The notes beneath the pieces are model-generated. The model was not told where the DNA came from. It ran no database searches and saw nothing but the letters and a program-made list of their open reading frames with translations. Positions 1 through 7,699 of a stretch of 15,496 bases of DNA are shown one piece after another. Made by a program: the position numbers and the translations under genes. Source of the DNA: an uncultured Candidatus Poseidoniales archaeon (lineage in GTDB: Archaea; Thermoplasmatota; Poseidoniia; Poseidoniales; CAYMED01). Location of the stretch: contig CAYMED010000033.1 in assembly GCA_964389655.1 (NCBI GenBank), positions 1 through 15,496 on the forward strand. Reading direction: 5' to 3'. Within the stretch, counting starts at the first letter, position 1, and every line of letters starts with the position of its first letter.

Positions 1-104
1 CAGGCCCCGGTGGTGGTCGTGGTCCTCCAGGCCCCGGTGGTGGTCGTGGTCCTCCTGGCCCCGGTGGTGGTCGTGGTCCTCCAGGCGGCCCGCGTCGGCC
101 ATGA
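1..104 (+). CDS. 3' end of a gene entering from the left; C-terminal Gly/Pro/Arg repeat tail (GPGGGRGPP)x3-GGPRRP*
   Basis: The frame starting at nt 3 reads GPGGGRGPPGPGGGRGPPGPGGGRGPPGGPRRP with TGA at 102-104. The only difference between copies is synonymous (CCA/CCT), consistent with coding. Confidence 0.75.
   Translation, partial: GPGGGRGPPGPGGGRGPPGPGGGRGPPGGPRRP
3..83 (+). repeat. 27-bp coding tandem repeat, 3 full copies visible (GGCCCCGGTGGTGGTCGTGGTCCTCC[A/T]); may continue left of the window
   Basis: Copies at 3-29, 30-56 and 57-83, read directly, with no spacers. Confidence 0.95.
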
Positions 105-131
105 ATTGTCACAAACTGTAATTTAGGGTGA

Positions 132-284
132 TTACTGATTTCTGCTCTTATGGGCTTCTTGGATCTCGGGTTCTTTTTCGATAAGCATTTGTTGAACAAA
201 TGTAGAACGTTCTCGAGTAGGGATCATTTTCCATATTCGGTATGTATCTTCAGTGAGCGCGATACGACGAATGATGTCAGACAT
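132..284 (-). CDS. Small 50-aa protein, putative ribbon-helix-helix (CopG/Arc/MetJ-like) DNA-binding protein; absent from the supplied ORF track
   Basis: Manual translation from ATG(284) to TAA(132-134): MSDIIRRIALTEDTYRIWKMIPTRERSTFVQQMLIEKEPEIQEAHKSRNQ. Pattern: strand (IRRIAL), helix (TEDTYRIWKMI), turn, helix (RSTFVQQMLIE). It fills the gap downstream of sucD on the same strand, with a TATA-like TTCAATAA 23-30 nt upstream. Confidence 0.6.
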   Translation of the reverse strand: MSDIIRRIALTEDTYRIWKMIPTRERSTFVQQMLIEKEPEIQEAHKSRNQ

Positions 285-306
285 GATTTATCCCAAGGTT
301 GCCCGG

Positions 307-323
307 TTATTGAACCCGTTCAA
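307..323. promoter_or_regulatory. Perfect inverted repeat TTGAAC-CC-GTTCAA (310-323) overlapping a TATA-like box (minus-strand TTCAATAA, 314-307) and the sucD stop codon
   Basis: Palindrome seen directly; the operator/promoter role is inferred from its position upstream of the 132..284 ORF. Confidence 0.4.
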
Positions 324-1243
324 CGAAGATCTGCTTGTTGTAGTGCTGACAATAGAACTGCTCCTATCTCTGATGGGTCCTGAGCCACGTGTATTCCTGC
401 ATCCTTGAAAGCAGCGATTTTCTCAGCAGCTGTCCCTTTTCCTCCACTGATGATTGCCCCAGCATGGCCCATTCGTTTTCCAGGGGGTGCTGTTGCGCCT
501 GCAACAAAGCCAACAATTGGTTTGGATACATTTTCTTTTGCCCATGCAGCCGCATCTTCTTCAGCAGTACCCCCAATTTCTCCTATCATGACAATTGCTG
601 CAGTTTGCTCGTCTTTCTCAAATGCATTAAGACAATCGATAAACCCAGTCCCGTTTACTGGGTCGCCTCCGATTCCTACGCAAGTTGATTGTCCTTCATC
701 GATGCTCATGGTCTGTGCGACTGCTTCGTAGGTAAGTGTTCCAGATTTAGAAACAATTCCAATCCGCCCTTTTGCATGTATATGTCCTGGCATAATTCCG
801 ATTTTACAACCTCCCTTATCAGATGGGGTAATGATACCCGGGCAGTTTGGTCCAATCAAACGTACTTGTGGTCGCGTTTTGACATAAGATACTGCTCTTA
901 CCATCTCAAGTGTCGGAATGCCTTCTGTAATGCAAACAATGAGGCCATCCCCGCGAACTCGGTCAAAAGCATCAGCAGCTTCCATGATTGCCTCACCCGC
1001 AAATGGAGGTGGGACATAGATGACACTCGCTTGTGCACCGGTTTCATGTATGGCTTCTTCCATCGTATCAAATACGGGCACAGAAGTGCCACTTAATTCC
1101 ACACGCGAACCACCTTTGCCAGGTGTAACTCCTCCGACAAGTTTGGTACCATATTCAATCATCCTCGTTGCGTGGAACATCCCTTGTTTTCCAGTTATTC
1201 CTTGTACTATAAGCCGAGTATCGGGTTCAACCCAAATCGACAT
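320..1243 (-). CDS. sucD: Succinyl-CoA synthetase alpha subunit
   Basis: Motifs [52 protein letters not shown] and the phospho-His motif MGHAGA. Confidence 0.98.
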   Translation of the reverse strand: MSIWVEPDTRLIVQGITGKQGMFHATRMIEYGTKLVGGVTPGKGGSRVELSGTSVPVFDTMEEAIHETGAQASVIYVPPPFAGEAIMEAADAFDRVRGDGLIVCITEGIPTLEMVRAVSYVKTRPQVRLIGPNCPGIITPSDKGGCKIGIMPGHIHAKGRIGIVSKSGTLTYEAVAQTMSIDEGQSTCVGIGGDPVNGTGFIDCLNAFEKDEQTAAIVMIGEIGGTAEEDAAAWAKENVSKPIVGFVAGATAPPGKRMGHAGAIISGGKGTAAEKIAAFKDAGIHVAQDPSEIGAVLLSALQQADLR

Positions 1244-2451
1244 TATGCCTCACCTCGGATTAAAGCAACGATTTTCTGAGCACCTTCGGCCAGTGTCTCA
1301 GCGGGGTATATGTTGAGTTTCGACGCCTTGAGTATCTCCCTTCCTTGCTCAAAATTTGTTCCTGATAATCGAACCACAAGTGGCACCTCAAGCCTCAATT
1401 TCTCTGTCGCATCAATGACACCTCTCGCAATGATATCACAGCGCATGATGCCACCAAAAATATTGATTAATATCCCTTTGACATTTGGGTCTTCAAGGAT
1501 AATGCTGAATGCAGTTGTCACTGCTTCTTCATCTGCACCTCCCCCAACATCAAGGAAATTTGCAGGCTCCCCTCCATGAAGCTGAATCACATCCATAGTC
1601 GCCATTGCAAGTCCTGCTCCATTGACAAGGCACCCTATTTCTCCATCTAATTTTACGTAAGATAGACCCGCTTCTTTCGCACGGATCTCCGTTGTTTCTT
1701 CTTCGGCTAGGTCGCGTAATTCATCCCACTCGGGATGCCGGAAGAATGCATTTTCATCGAAGCCCACTTTTGCATCTAGGGCGATAACTTCATCATCTTC
1801 AGTACGGACAAGTGGATTGATCTCTAGCATTGAGATGTCATTTGCAATGAATGCATCAAATGCTCTTCCAATCATGCCCATAAATGATTTCAGTGCAGGT
1901 CCAGATAAACCCAGATTCATGCCCAAATTTCTCTTTTGAAAGCCAAGTAATCCCGTATCTGAATCAGCCCATATTTTGTGAATTGCTTCAGGAGTTGAGT
2001 GAGCAACTTCTTCGATATCCATCCCACCTTCAGTTGAGGCCATGATTAGAATTTTCTTTTCCTCACGGTCGACAAGAATTGCAAGATAGTATTCATGCGC
2101 AATTGCGCACCCTGCCTCAACATAGAGGTTGCTGACTATGCGGCCCGCAGTTCCTGTTTGCTTAGTAACAAGACGATTTCCTAGAATGCCAGATGCATAG
2201 GCTCTAACTTCATCTCGATTGAATGCAATTTTAACACCGCCTTCCATCACAAGGTCACCCGTTTCTGGATGGTATAGGTTCCCTTTCCCTCTCCCTCCAG
2301 CATGAATCTGTGACTTTACTGCAACGACAGATGAGCCAAGAGAATCCCATGCAGCTAAGGCCTGTTCTACTGTTGTGCAGTGCACTCCTGCAAGGACTGG
2401 TACTCCAGCCTTCTCAAAGAGTGATTTCCCTTGATATTCGTGGATGTTCAT
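1243..2451 (-). CDS. sucC: Succinyl-CoA synthetase beta subunit (402 aa)
   Basis: Canonical start MNIHEYQGK at 2451; motifs [61 protein letters not shown]. Stop overlaps the sucD start (TAATG). Confidence 0.98.
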   Translation of the reverse strand: MNIHEYQGKSLFEKAGVPVLAGVHCTTVEQALAAWDSLGSSVVAVKSQIHAGGRGKGNLYHPETGDLVMEGGVKIAFNRDEVRAYASGILGNRLVTKQTGTAGRIVSNLYVEAGCAIAHEYYLAILVDREEKKILIMASTEGGMDIEEVAHSTPEAIHKIWADSDTGLLGFQKRNLGMNLGLSGPALKSFMGMIGRAFDAFIANDISMLEINPLVRTEDDEVIALDAKVGFDENAFFRHPEWDELRDLAEEETTEIRAKEAGLSYVKLDGEIGCLVNGAGLAMATMDVIQLHGGEPANFLDVGGGADEEAVTTAFSIILEDPNVKGILINIFGGIMRCDIIARGVIDATEKLRLEVPLVVRLSGTNFEQGREILKASKLNIYPAETLAEGAQKIVALIRGEA

Positions 2452-2599
2452 CGCAATGCCGCCGTTCTCATTTTGAACGGGCATGAGGCGGGATTTGAAG
2501 ATCACGCTGTAGAGGTATGGTTTTTCTTATCCGTTTGATGGCCATTTGCGTCCATTTTGCATGGGTAGCGTTGATCAAGAGGGCTCCAGTCGGTTACTT

Positions 2600-3607
2600 A
2601 TGGGAGAGCAAGTTGTTGTCTTGGCGGGGGGCTTAGGAACCCGTCTTCACCCATGGACCTCAATAATTCCCAAACCTGCCCTTCCAATGCTCGATCGCAC
2701 TCTTATCGAACAAGTTATTTCAGTACTTCCTCCGAAAAAAATCGATGAAGTTCTTGTTTTAGCGGGGCATCTCCCGGAAGTTCTTGAGTCTGCATTGTTA
2801 GAGAGCACATCAGATGTCTCTTTTCGCATAATTATAGAGGATCAACCGCTAGGAACTGGTGGGGCCTTGCGAAACAGCATTGATGAGTTAAGAGACCGTT
2901 TTATTTGCCTCAATGGAGACATTGTCTGTAGTTTGAATGCACAGGATCTCCTTGCCCGGCATACATCCCTAAAGGCCGATGTTTCAATTGCATTATGGGA
3001 AGTTGATCAACCAGAACGATATGGGATTGCAGTAGTTGACCCGAAAGGCCGCATCCGGAACTTCGTTGAGAAGCCAGCTCCTGGAACTTCGCCTTCCAAT
3101 CTCGCAAATGCTGGCGTATATGTGATTGAGAAATCAGCGCTAAATCATCTTAGTGAAGGTGCTAGCAGTCTAGAACGTGATCTTTTCCCAGTTGTGGCTT
3201 CAAATCGAAAACTTGCAGGTCTGCCATTTGAGGGCTGGTGGGTCGATGCAGGGACTCCTGCTTCGTATCTTTCAGCAATGCAACATTGCTTGGCTGAAGG
3301 ACGGTGGCATGAAGGTCGTACGCTCAGTGATACTTGGTCAGCGGATATCTCTGAACGCCCTTCTTCACGAGCATTAGGGTGCGCTTTGGGACTGAATGTC
3401 GCACTTGGTGATGGTGCCAAAGTGTGGGATTCCTACGTACTTGATGGTGTTCGTTTTGGCGTTCGTGCACAAGTCCGCCGATGCCTCATTGGAAGCCATG
3501 CAATTATTGGTGCAAATTCCCTTCTTGAGGACGTTATAGTTGATCACAATGCTAGAGTTCCACAGGGTTGGAGACAATACGGTGGAAGCTTCCCTCCGGA
3601 GGCCTGA
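2600..3607 (+). CDS. NDP-sugar synthase / sugar-1-phosphate nucleotidyltransferase (mannose-1-P guanylyltransferase-like) with short degenerate C-terminal beta-helix
   Basis: Motifs LAGGLGTRLHP, PKP, EDQPLGTGGA, NGD, YG, FVEKP, NAGVYV, SLERDLFP, WVDAGTP. The start at ATG 2600 lies just before the first motif. Substrate not determinable. Confidence 0.88.
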   Translation: MGEQVVVLAGGLGTRLHPWTSIIPKPALPMLDRTLIEQVISVLPPKKIDEVLVLAGHLPEVLESALLESTSDVSFRIIIEDQPLGTGGALRNSIDELRDRFICLNGDIVCSLNAQDLLARHTSLKADVSIALWEVDQPERYGIAVVDPKGRIRNFVEKPAPGTSPSNLANAGVYVIEKSALNHLSEGASSLERDLFPVVASNRKLAGLPFEGWWVDAGTPASYLSAMQHCLAEGRWHEGRTLSDTWSADISERPSSRALGCALGLNVALGDGAKVWDSYVLDGVRFGVRAQVRRCLIGSHAIIGANSLLEDVIVDHNARVPQGWRQYGGSFPPEA

Positions 3608-3611
3608 CGAT

Positions 3612-4301
3612 ATGGGTTCTCGACCGATTCTAGCCATTAATCACAAACTACATCGCCCAGCGTGTGGAACGCGTGCGGGAAAATTTGCTACTTCTCTTGC
3701 TCACGTGGCCTCAGATTTCCCTCATGTACGTGTGGTTCTTTGTCCAGCATCAGCAGATTTGTCATGTGTTGTTGATGTAGCCAACCGAGTAGGATCAATC
3801 GAAGTTTGGGCGCAGGCTGCAGAGGGTGTGGGTTGGGGCTCTCATACAGGGGCATTGTCGGTCGACCATCTTGTTGAGTTAGGTGTTTCTGGGACCTTGG
3901 TAAATCATGCAGAGCGAGGTGTTTCTGAAGAAGAAATTGCTTCGCTAATTTCTCAGGCTAGAACACAAAATTTTTTGATTTGTGCGTGTGCTTCTGATGA
4001 CGAAGCAGCAGCTCGGATTGCAGCACTTTCTCCCGATCTAATTGCAGTTGAACCACCGGGCCTAATAGGTGGTGACATTTCAGTTACTTCTGCAGACCCA
4101 GATCTGATCTCTCAAAGTGTACATGCGGTCGAAGAAGTCGATTCATCTGTTGGGTTGCTTTGTGGTGCCGGAGTGAAAACAGGTGATGATGTCCGAATAG
4201 CTCTTGAATTAGGAACAAAAGGCGTACTTCTTGCATCAGGAGTTACAAAAGCTGACGAGCCAGATAAAGCATTGCGAAACCTCCTTTCAGGCCTTAAATA
4301 G
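3612..4301 (+). CDS. tpiA: Triosephosphate isomerase, archaeal type (229 aa)
   Basis: Catalytic Lys (INHK), His (LVNHAER) and Glu (AVEPP); also GSHTG, LCGAGV, GVLLASGV. The short length is typical of archaeal TIM. ATG 3612 is 4 nt after the upstream stop. Confidence 0.95.
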   Translation: MGSRPILAINHKLHRPACGTRAGKFATSLAHVASDFPHVRVVLCPASADLSCVVDVANRVGSIEVWAQAAEGVGWGSHTGALSVDHLVELGVSGTLVNHAERGVSEEEIASLISQARTQNFLICACASDDEAAARIAALSPDLIAVEPPGLIGGDISVTSADPDLISQSVHAVEEVDSSVGLLCGAGVKTGDDVRIALELGTKGVLLASGVTKADEPDKALRNLLSGLK

Positions 4302-4393
4302 AGTTTCTTTGACGATTGAACTTGCCTTTCCCTCTACATTCACCTCTTTATTGCCATAGACAATGCCATATTCAAAAGTCGATAGGGAAAACC

Positions 4394-5395
4394 ATGCGCA
4401 GTCCTGTGTTGGTGATTCATGGTGGGGCTGGTGGAGATGGGCATTGGAAAGGATTGAGTGAATTAGACCCAAAACGCATTTCATGTATGGAGGATGTTCT
4501 TTCCTCAGTAGGTTTGCATCTGAGAGATGGCATGAGTGCTCTTGATGCGGTAACTCTTGCAGTTGAGATGTTGGAGGATGAACCCCTCTTCAATGCAGGA
4601 CGTGGCTCCGTCCTTGATGAGAGAGGGTCTGTCTCAATGGATGCGAGCATTATGAGGGGATTCGATAATGCAGCTGGTGCAGTCCTCAGTGTTCGCCGAG
4701 TTCGTAACCCAATTCGTGTCGCCTATCATTTGCTAATGAATGGCTGGCCCGTTATGCTCAATGGTGACTTTGCTGATCAATTCGGCATAAATTCTGGCGT
4801 TGAGGAAGTTGGCCCTGATTGGCTCCAAACCAATCTTCGGATCGCACAGTGGCAGAAATGGAAGGACTCTCGCAGCAAGGTTGGCGCCACAGACGAAGAT
4901 GATGGGGCTGTGCTTGATCACGACCTTGATGGACGAGTTGTAACTGAATTTAGTGATGAATCCTTAGGCATGGGTACAGTTGGAGCAGTGGCACTTGATT
5001 TGGAAGGGGTTTTGGCCGCAGCAACGAGTACGGGCGGGATGACTGGTAAACCATCTGGGAGAATTGGGGACACACCCATCATTGGAGCAGGAACATGGGC
5101 TGACTCAAGAGTTGCAATTTCTTGCACTGGTGTTGGAGAGGCTTACATACGGACCGCAGCTGCTCACGAACTTGCGGTACGGATGCGAGATAAAAATGCG
5201 GATTTACGAACTGAAGCAATTGATGTGCTCGACATGGTTGCGCCATTAGGTGGTAGAGGCGGTCTTATTGCAGTGACCAAAGATGGAGATGTTTGCCTTC
5301 CCTTTCAGACCACATTGATGTATCGTGGCGTGTGGGATTCAGGACGCAGCAATGTGCACATTGGGCCAGATGAAAATAATTCCATTGTGCATTGA
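4394..5395 (+). CDS. iaaA: Isoaspartyl peptidase / plant-type L-asparaginase (Ntn-hydrolase, 333 aa)
   Basis: Motifs IHGGAG, LEDEPLFNAGRGS, MDASIM, RNPI, autocleavage site G|TVGAVA (Thr codon 4976-4978), AATSTGG, GRIGDTP, SCTGVGE. Confidence 0.92.
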   Translation: MRSPVLVIHGGAGGDGHWKGLSELDPKRISCMEDVLSSVGLHLRDGMSALDAVTLAVEMLEDEPLFNAGRGSVLDERGSVSMDASIMRGFDNAAGAVLSVRRVRNPIRVAYHLLMNGWPVMLNGDFADQFGINSGVEEVGPDWLQTNLRIAQWQKWKDSRSKVGATDEDDGAVLDHDLDGRVVTEFSDESLGMGTVGAVALDLEGVLAAATSTGGMTGKPSGRIGDTPIIGAGTWADSRVAISCTGVGEAYIRTAAAHELAVRMRDKNADLRTEAIDVLDMVAPLGGRGGLIAVTKDGDVCLPFQTTLMYRGVWDSGRSNVHIGPDENNSIVH

Positions 5396-5453
5396 ATTGA
5401 AGTGCTCAATCAGTTCTGTTGGAATTAAGAAGCACTATTCCATAGGGCATTAA

Positions 5454-5876
5454 CTATTCTTCTTCATTTTTGGGAGGATTAGTTTTTCTGAATAGTGACC
5501 CGATCATATATGGTAGGCTCCAAAAAGTACCTCCAATAGCACCTATTAAGACGATGGTTGCCAATGTGTCCAAGTCGCTGTTCGGTGCTCCACCAGAAGC
5601 ACCAAATACGGGTAGGAAAGTGAGGTATGCCACTGGAATTAAAAACTTCAAACTAGGTTCACAACACTCCCTCATCTCCGCTATTTTTTTGACTGCAAAT
5701 GCTGACAGCAATGGGACTCCAATTATAACTAGCAATGCGCCTGACCAATGATAAAATAAGGTGATTTTACTCCCATCCGATGTAGTACCAAGTGGAATAT
5801 GGGAAATAATCGTCATTAACAATCCAACAAATGATCCGACAGCCATGCCAATAAGAAGTATCTTCTTGGCCCCCAT
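5454..5876 (-). CDS. Hypothetical integral membrane protein, about 4 TM segments
   Basis: Four hydrophobic stretches in 140 aa; TATA-like ATTAAAT at 5906-5900. Confidence 0.75.
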   Translation of the reverse strand: MGAKKILLIGMAVGSFVGLLMTIISHIPLGTTSDGSKITLFYHWSGALLVIIGVPLLSAFAVKKIAEMRECCEPSLKFLIPVAYLTFLPVFGASGGAPNSDLDTLATIVLIGAIGGTFWSLPYMIGSLFRKTNPPKNEEE

Positions 5877-5940
5877 ACATCAATCGAGGTGCTCTAGAGA
5901 TTTAATCGCTCCCTCACAAGGCACCTAGTTTTGAGAAGCC

Positions 5941-6984
5941 TCACTCGTTACCGTCTAAGACTTCGAGGTGCGGTGCCCTCTTCTCACCCACAGGCAGAGC
6001 GCGCCGGACCTTGAAGATAGCAATCACCGCGCATGATAGAGCAAGACCAGTCAAGGTACTGTAGAACAAGTAAACCGACAAGGGCGTATCTTCTTCACAG
6101 TCGTCATCAAAAGTGCAGGTGTTCGTTCCATCGGCACTAGATTGTTGCTCATTCCCTATTGTTTCATCAGTACCGTTTTCCTGATGACGGCGTTCTTGCA
6201 ATTCTATTTGGAACATCAATGGCCAATTCTTTCCGGTTAACCACATGCTTCCATCCTCTGTGATGGCGATTCCATTCAGCATCCCCCATCCATCCATGCT
6301 CAACTCACTGGCATCGAAGAACATGTCCACTTTTCCGGATTCAGAATCTATTCGGACGATGCGATTTTCTTGCCAGACGTTGGACCAGATACTGCTAGCA
6401 TTGCATTCAAGTTCATTCAAGTTTTCAACCGGGACCCCCACTCCGATGTTACCCTCATCAAGAGTGACATTGATCGTTCTGATGATGGAAAAATTTGCAG
6501 GGTCTCTGAAGGTTAGTTCATCACTGCCATTGGACATTACTAGGGCAGTTCCATTGTTACACAAACCCCATCCTTCACCTTGGTAGGACAAGTTTCCGAG
6601 CAATGTGAAGTCGGACAGGTTCCAAACTAGAGCTATATTATTTTTCCAAGTCAGTTGAACAAGTGTCTCTCCAACAAGTGCCAAACCCTCTCCGAAATAG
6701 TTGACATCAAGGTCGATGGAACGATTGACTGTGCCATTTGGAAACACTTCTCTCAGGGTCGATTCTCCCTTTAGGCCAGTACTCTCGTAAAACATTCCTT
6801 GGTGCCAAAGAAGACCTTGTGTGAATGCACCATTGTCATGACTGATATTTGCCACGATTTCCACTTCCATATGGCTCGGTATGGATATTTCTTGATCTTC
6901 GCCAGCGACATTCATCAATACTGAGGTTAGTAGCAGGATGGCAGTCAATTGACTGACACGTTTGCAGCCACCCGCATTGAGCAT
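5941..6984 (-). CDS. Glutaminyl-peptide cyclotransferase (type I QC, five-bladed propeller) with signal peptide and C-terminal membrane anchor
   Basis: Motifs FTQGL, YESTG, FGEGL, QLTW, GEGWGL, MSNGS, LNELE, NVW, LNGIA, TGKNW; N-terminal hydrophobic signal; C-terminal TM followed by KVRR. Confidence 0.92.
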   Translation of the reverse strand: MLNAGGCKRVSQLTAILLLTSVLMNVAGEDQEISIPSHMEVEIVANISHDNGAFTQGLLWHQGMFYESTGLKGESTLREVFPNGTVNRSIDLDVNYFGEGLALVGETLVQLTWKNNIALVWNLSDFTLLGNLSYQGEGWGLCNNGTALVMSNGSDELTFRDPANFSIIRTINVTLDEGNIGVGVPVENLNELECNASSIWSNVWQENRIVRIDSESGKVDMFFDASELSMDGWGMLNGIAITEDGSMWLTGKNWPLMFQIELQERRHQENGTDETIGNEQQSSADGTNTCTFDDDCEEDTPLSVYLFYSTLTGLALSCAVIAIFKVRRALPVGEKRAPHLEVLDGNE

Positions 6985-7007
6985 GTCTGATGCCTGCTCT
7001 ACCGATC

Positions 7008-7031
7008 CTTAAAACCCTCCTAATTGGAGGG
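7008..7031 (-). terminator. Hairpin CCCTCC-AATTA-GGAGGG followed by TTTT just downstream of the rpl15e stop; the T-run is also a candidate TATA box for the QC gene
   Basis: Inverted repeat at 7015-7020/7026-7031; minus-strand TTTTAAG at 7014-7008 is 24-30 nt upstream of QC ATG 6984. Confidence 0.5.
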
Positions 7032-7037
7032 GATGGA

Positions 7038-7628
7038 TCACTTTCCTCGGTTCTTATTCGCTTTGAGACTCGGGCGGAGTTTTTCGGTTCCCTTTCCTTT
7101 CTTGTGCAAGCCACGTCCGCGCTTTCCTGCGCTTGTTTTTCCGCGTTGTGCACGAGAACGATGTGAGGGTCCTGCCACGAAAGATAATTCCTTGTCCGCT
7201 AAGATTTGAGGGTGTGACCGGTCCACTAGAATGACTTCATACCATTTGTGTCGTCCATCTTCGCCCACCCAATACGAATTCAGGACTTCCATATTTGGGT
7301 GCCGCCGGTCAACACGCTCTTCGGCGATACGCTGTATTGATTTTCCCATCGTGATTTTCTTGATACCGGCCTTGCTCGGCTTGCGCTTCATGTGGATCTT
7401 TCCCTTTCTCAATCCACCCCGGCGAACTCGAGTGCGCATGATTGTCACGCCTTGCTTCGCCTTGTATCCAAGGCGTCTAGCAGCATCAAGTCGAGTAGGT
7501 CGGTCAACTCGTTGATAGACAGGTTCTCGCCTCCATTGGACAAGGCGCTGGCGATACAATTCCTTGCCCAAGGAATCCTTGGGTCGCTTCCATTGCTCAC
7601 GGGTATGTCGGTAGAGTCCCCGTGTCAT
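7038..7628 (-). CDS. rpl15e: 50S ribosomal protein L15e (196 aa)
   Basis: Motifs RPTRLDAARRLGYKAKQG, RVRRGG, IAEERV, EVLNSYWVGEDGRHKWYEVILVD, RGKTSAG. Start at 7628 (MTRGLY) with GAGGCG upstream. Confidence 0.97.
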   Translation of the reverse strand: MTRGLYRHTREQWKRPKDSLGKELYRQRLVQWRREPVYQRVDRPTRLDAARRLGYKAKQGVTIMRTRVRRGGLRKGKIHMKRKPSKAGIKKITMGKSIQRIAEERVDRRHPNMEVLNSYWVGEDGRHKWYEVILVDRSHPQILADKELSFVAGPSHRSRAQRGKTSAGKRGRGLHKKGKGTEKLRPSLKANKNRGK

Positions 7629-7664
7629 GGTCTCGCCTCGAGCGTCCCGCCGACCCACTCTCCC

Positions 7665-7670
7665 TTTATG
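7665..7670. promoter_or_regulatory. Candidate shared TATA-like element (TTTATG/CATAAA) in the 71-nt divergent gap between rpl15e and the 66-aa ORF
   Basis: Most TATA-like box in the gap; 30-35 nt from ATG 7700 and about 37 nt from ATG 7628. Confidence 0.35.
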
Positions 7671-7699
7671 ACCGTTGTCGGGTGCTACATTCTGAGTAG

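Noticed and set aside
3-83. 27-bp repeats as a CRISPR array
   Set aside because: Copies are contiguous with no spacers, are in frame, and vary only at a synonymous position.
150-383. 77-aa plus-strand ORF from the track
   Set aside because: It overlaps sucD antisense and has no recognisable features; the minus-strand 50-aa ORF explains the gap better.
1223-1233. Palindrome GGGTT-C-AACCC near the sucD start, resembling the GTTCAA motif
   Set aside because: Explained by the codons for W-V-E-P and short enough to arise by chance.
3612-4301. TpiA variants INHK and NHAE as signs of inactivation
   Set aside because: The catalytic Lys, His and Glu and the phosphate-binding loops are all present in an intact ORF.
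7629-7660. Structured ribosomal-protein leader upstream of rpl15e (GGTC/GACC pairing)
   Set aside because: Only 4-bp stems are visible and the likely TATA position leaves a very short UTR; an Infernal search against r-leader models would be needed.
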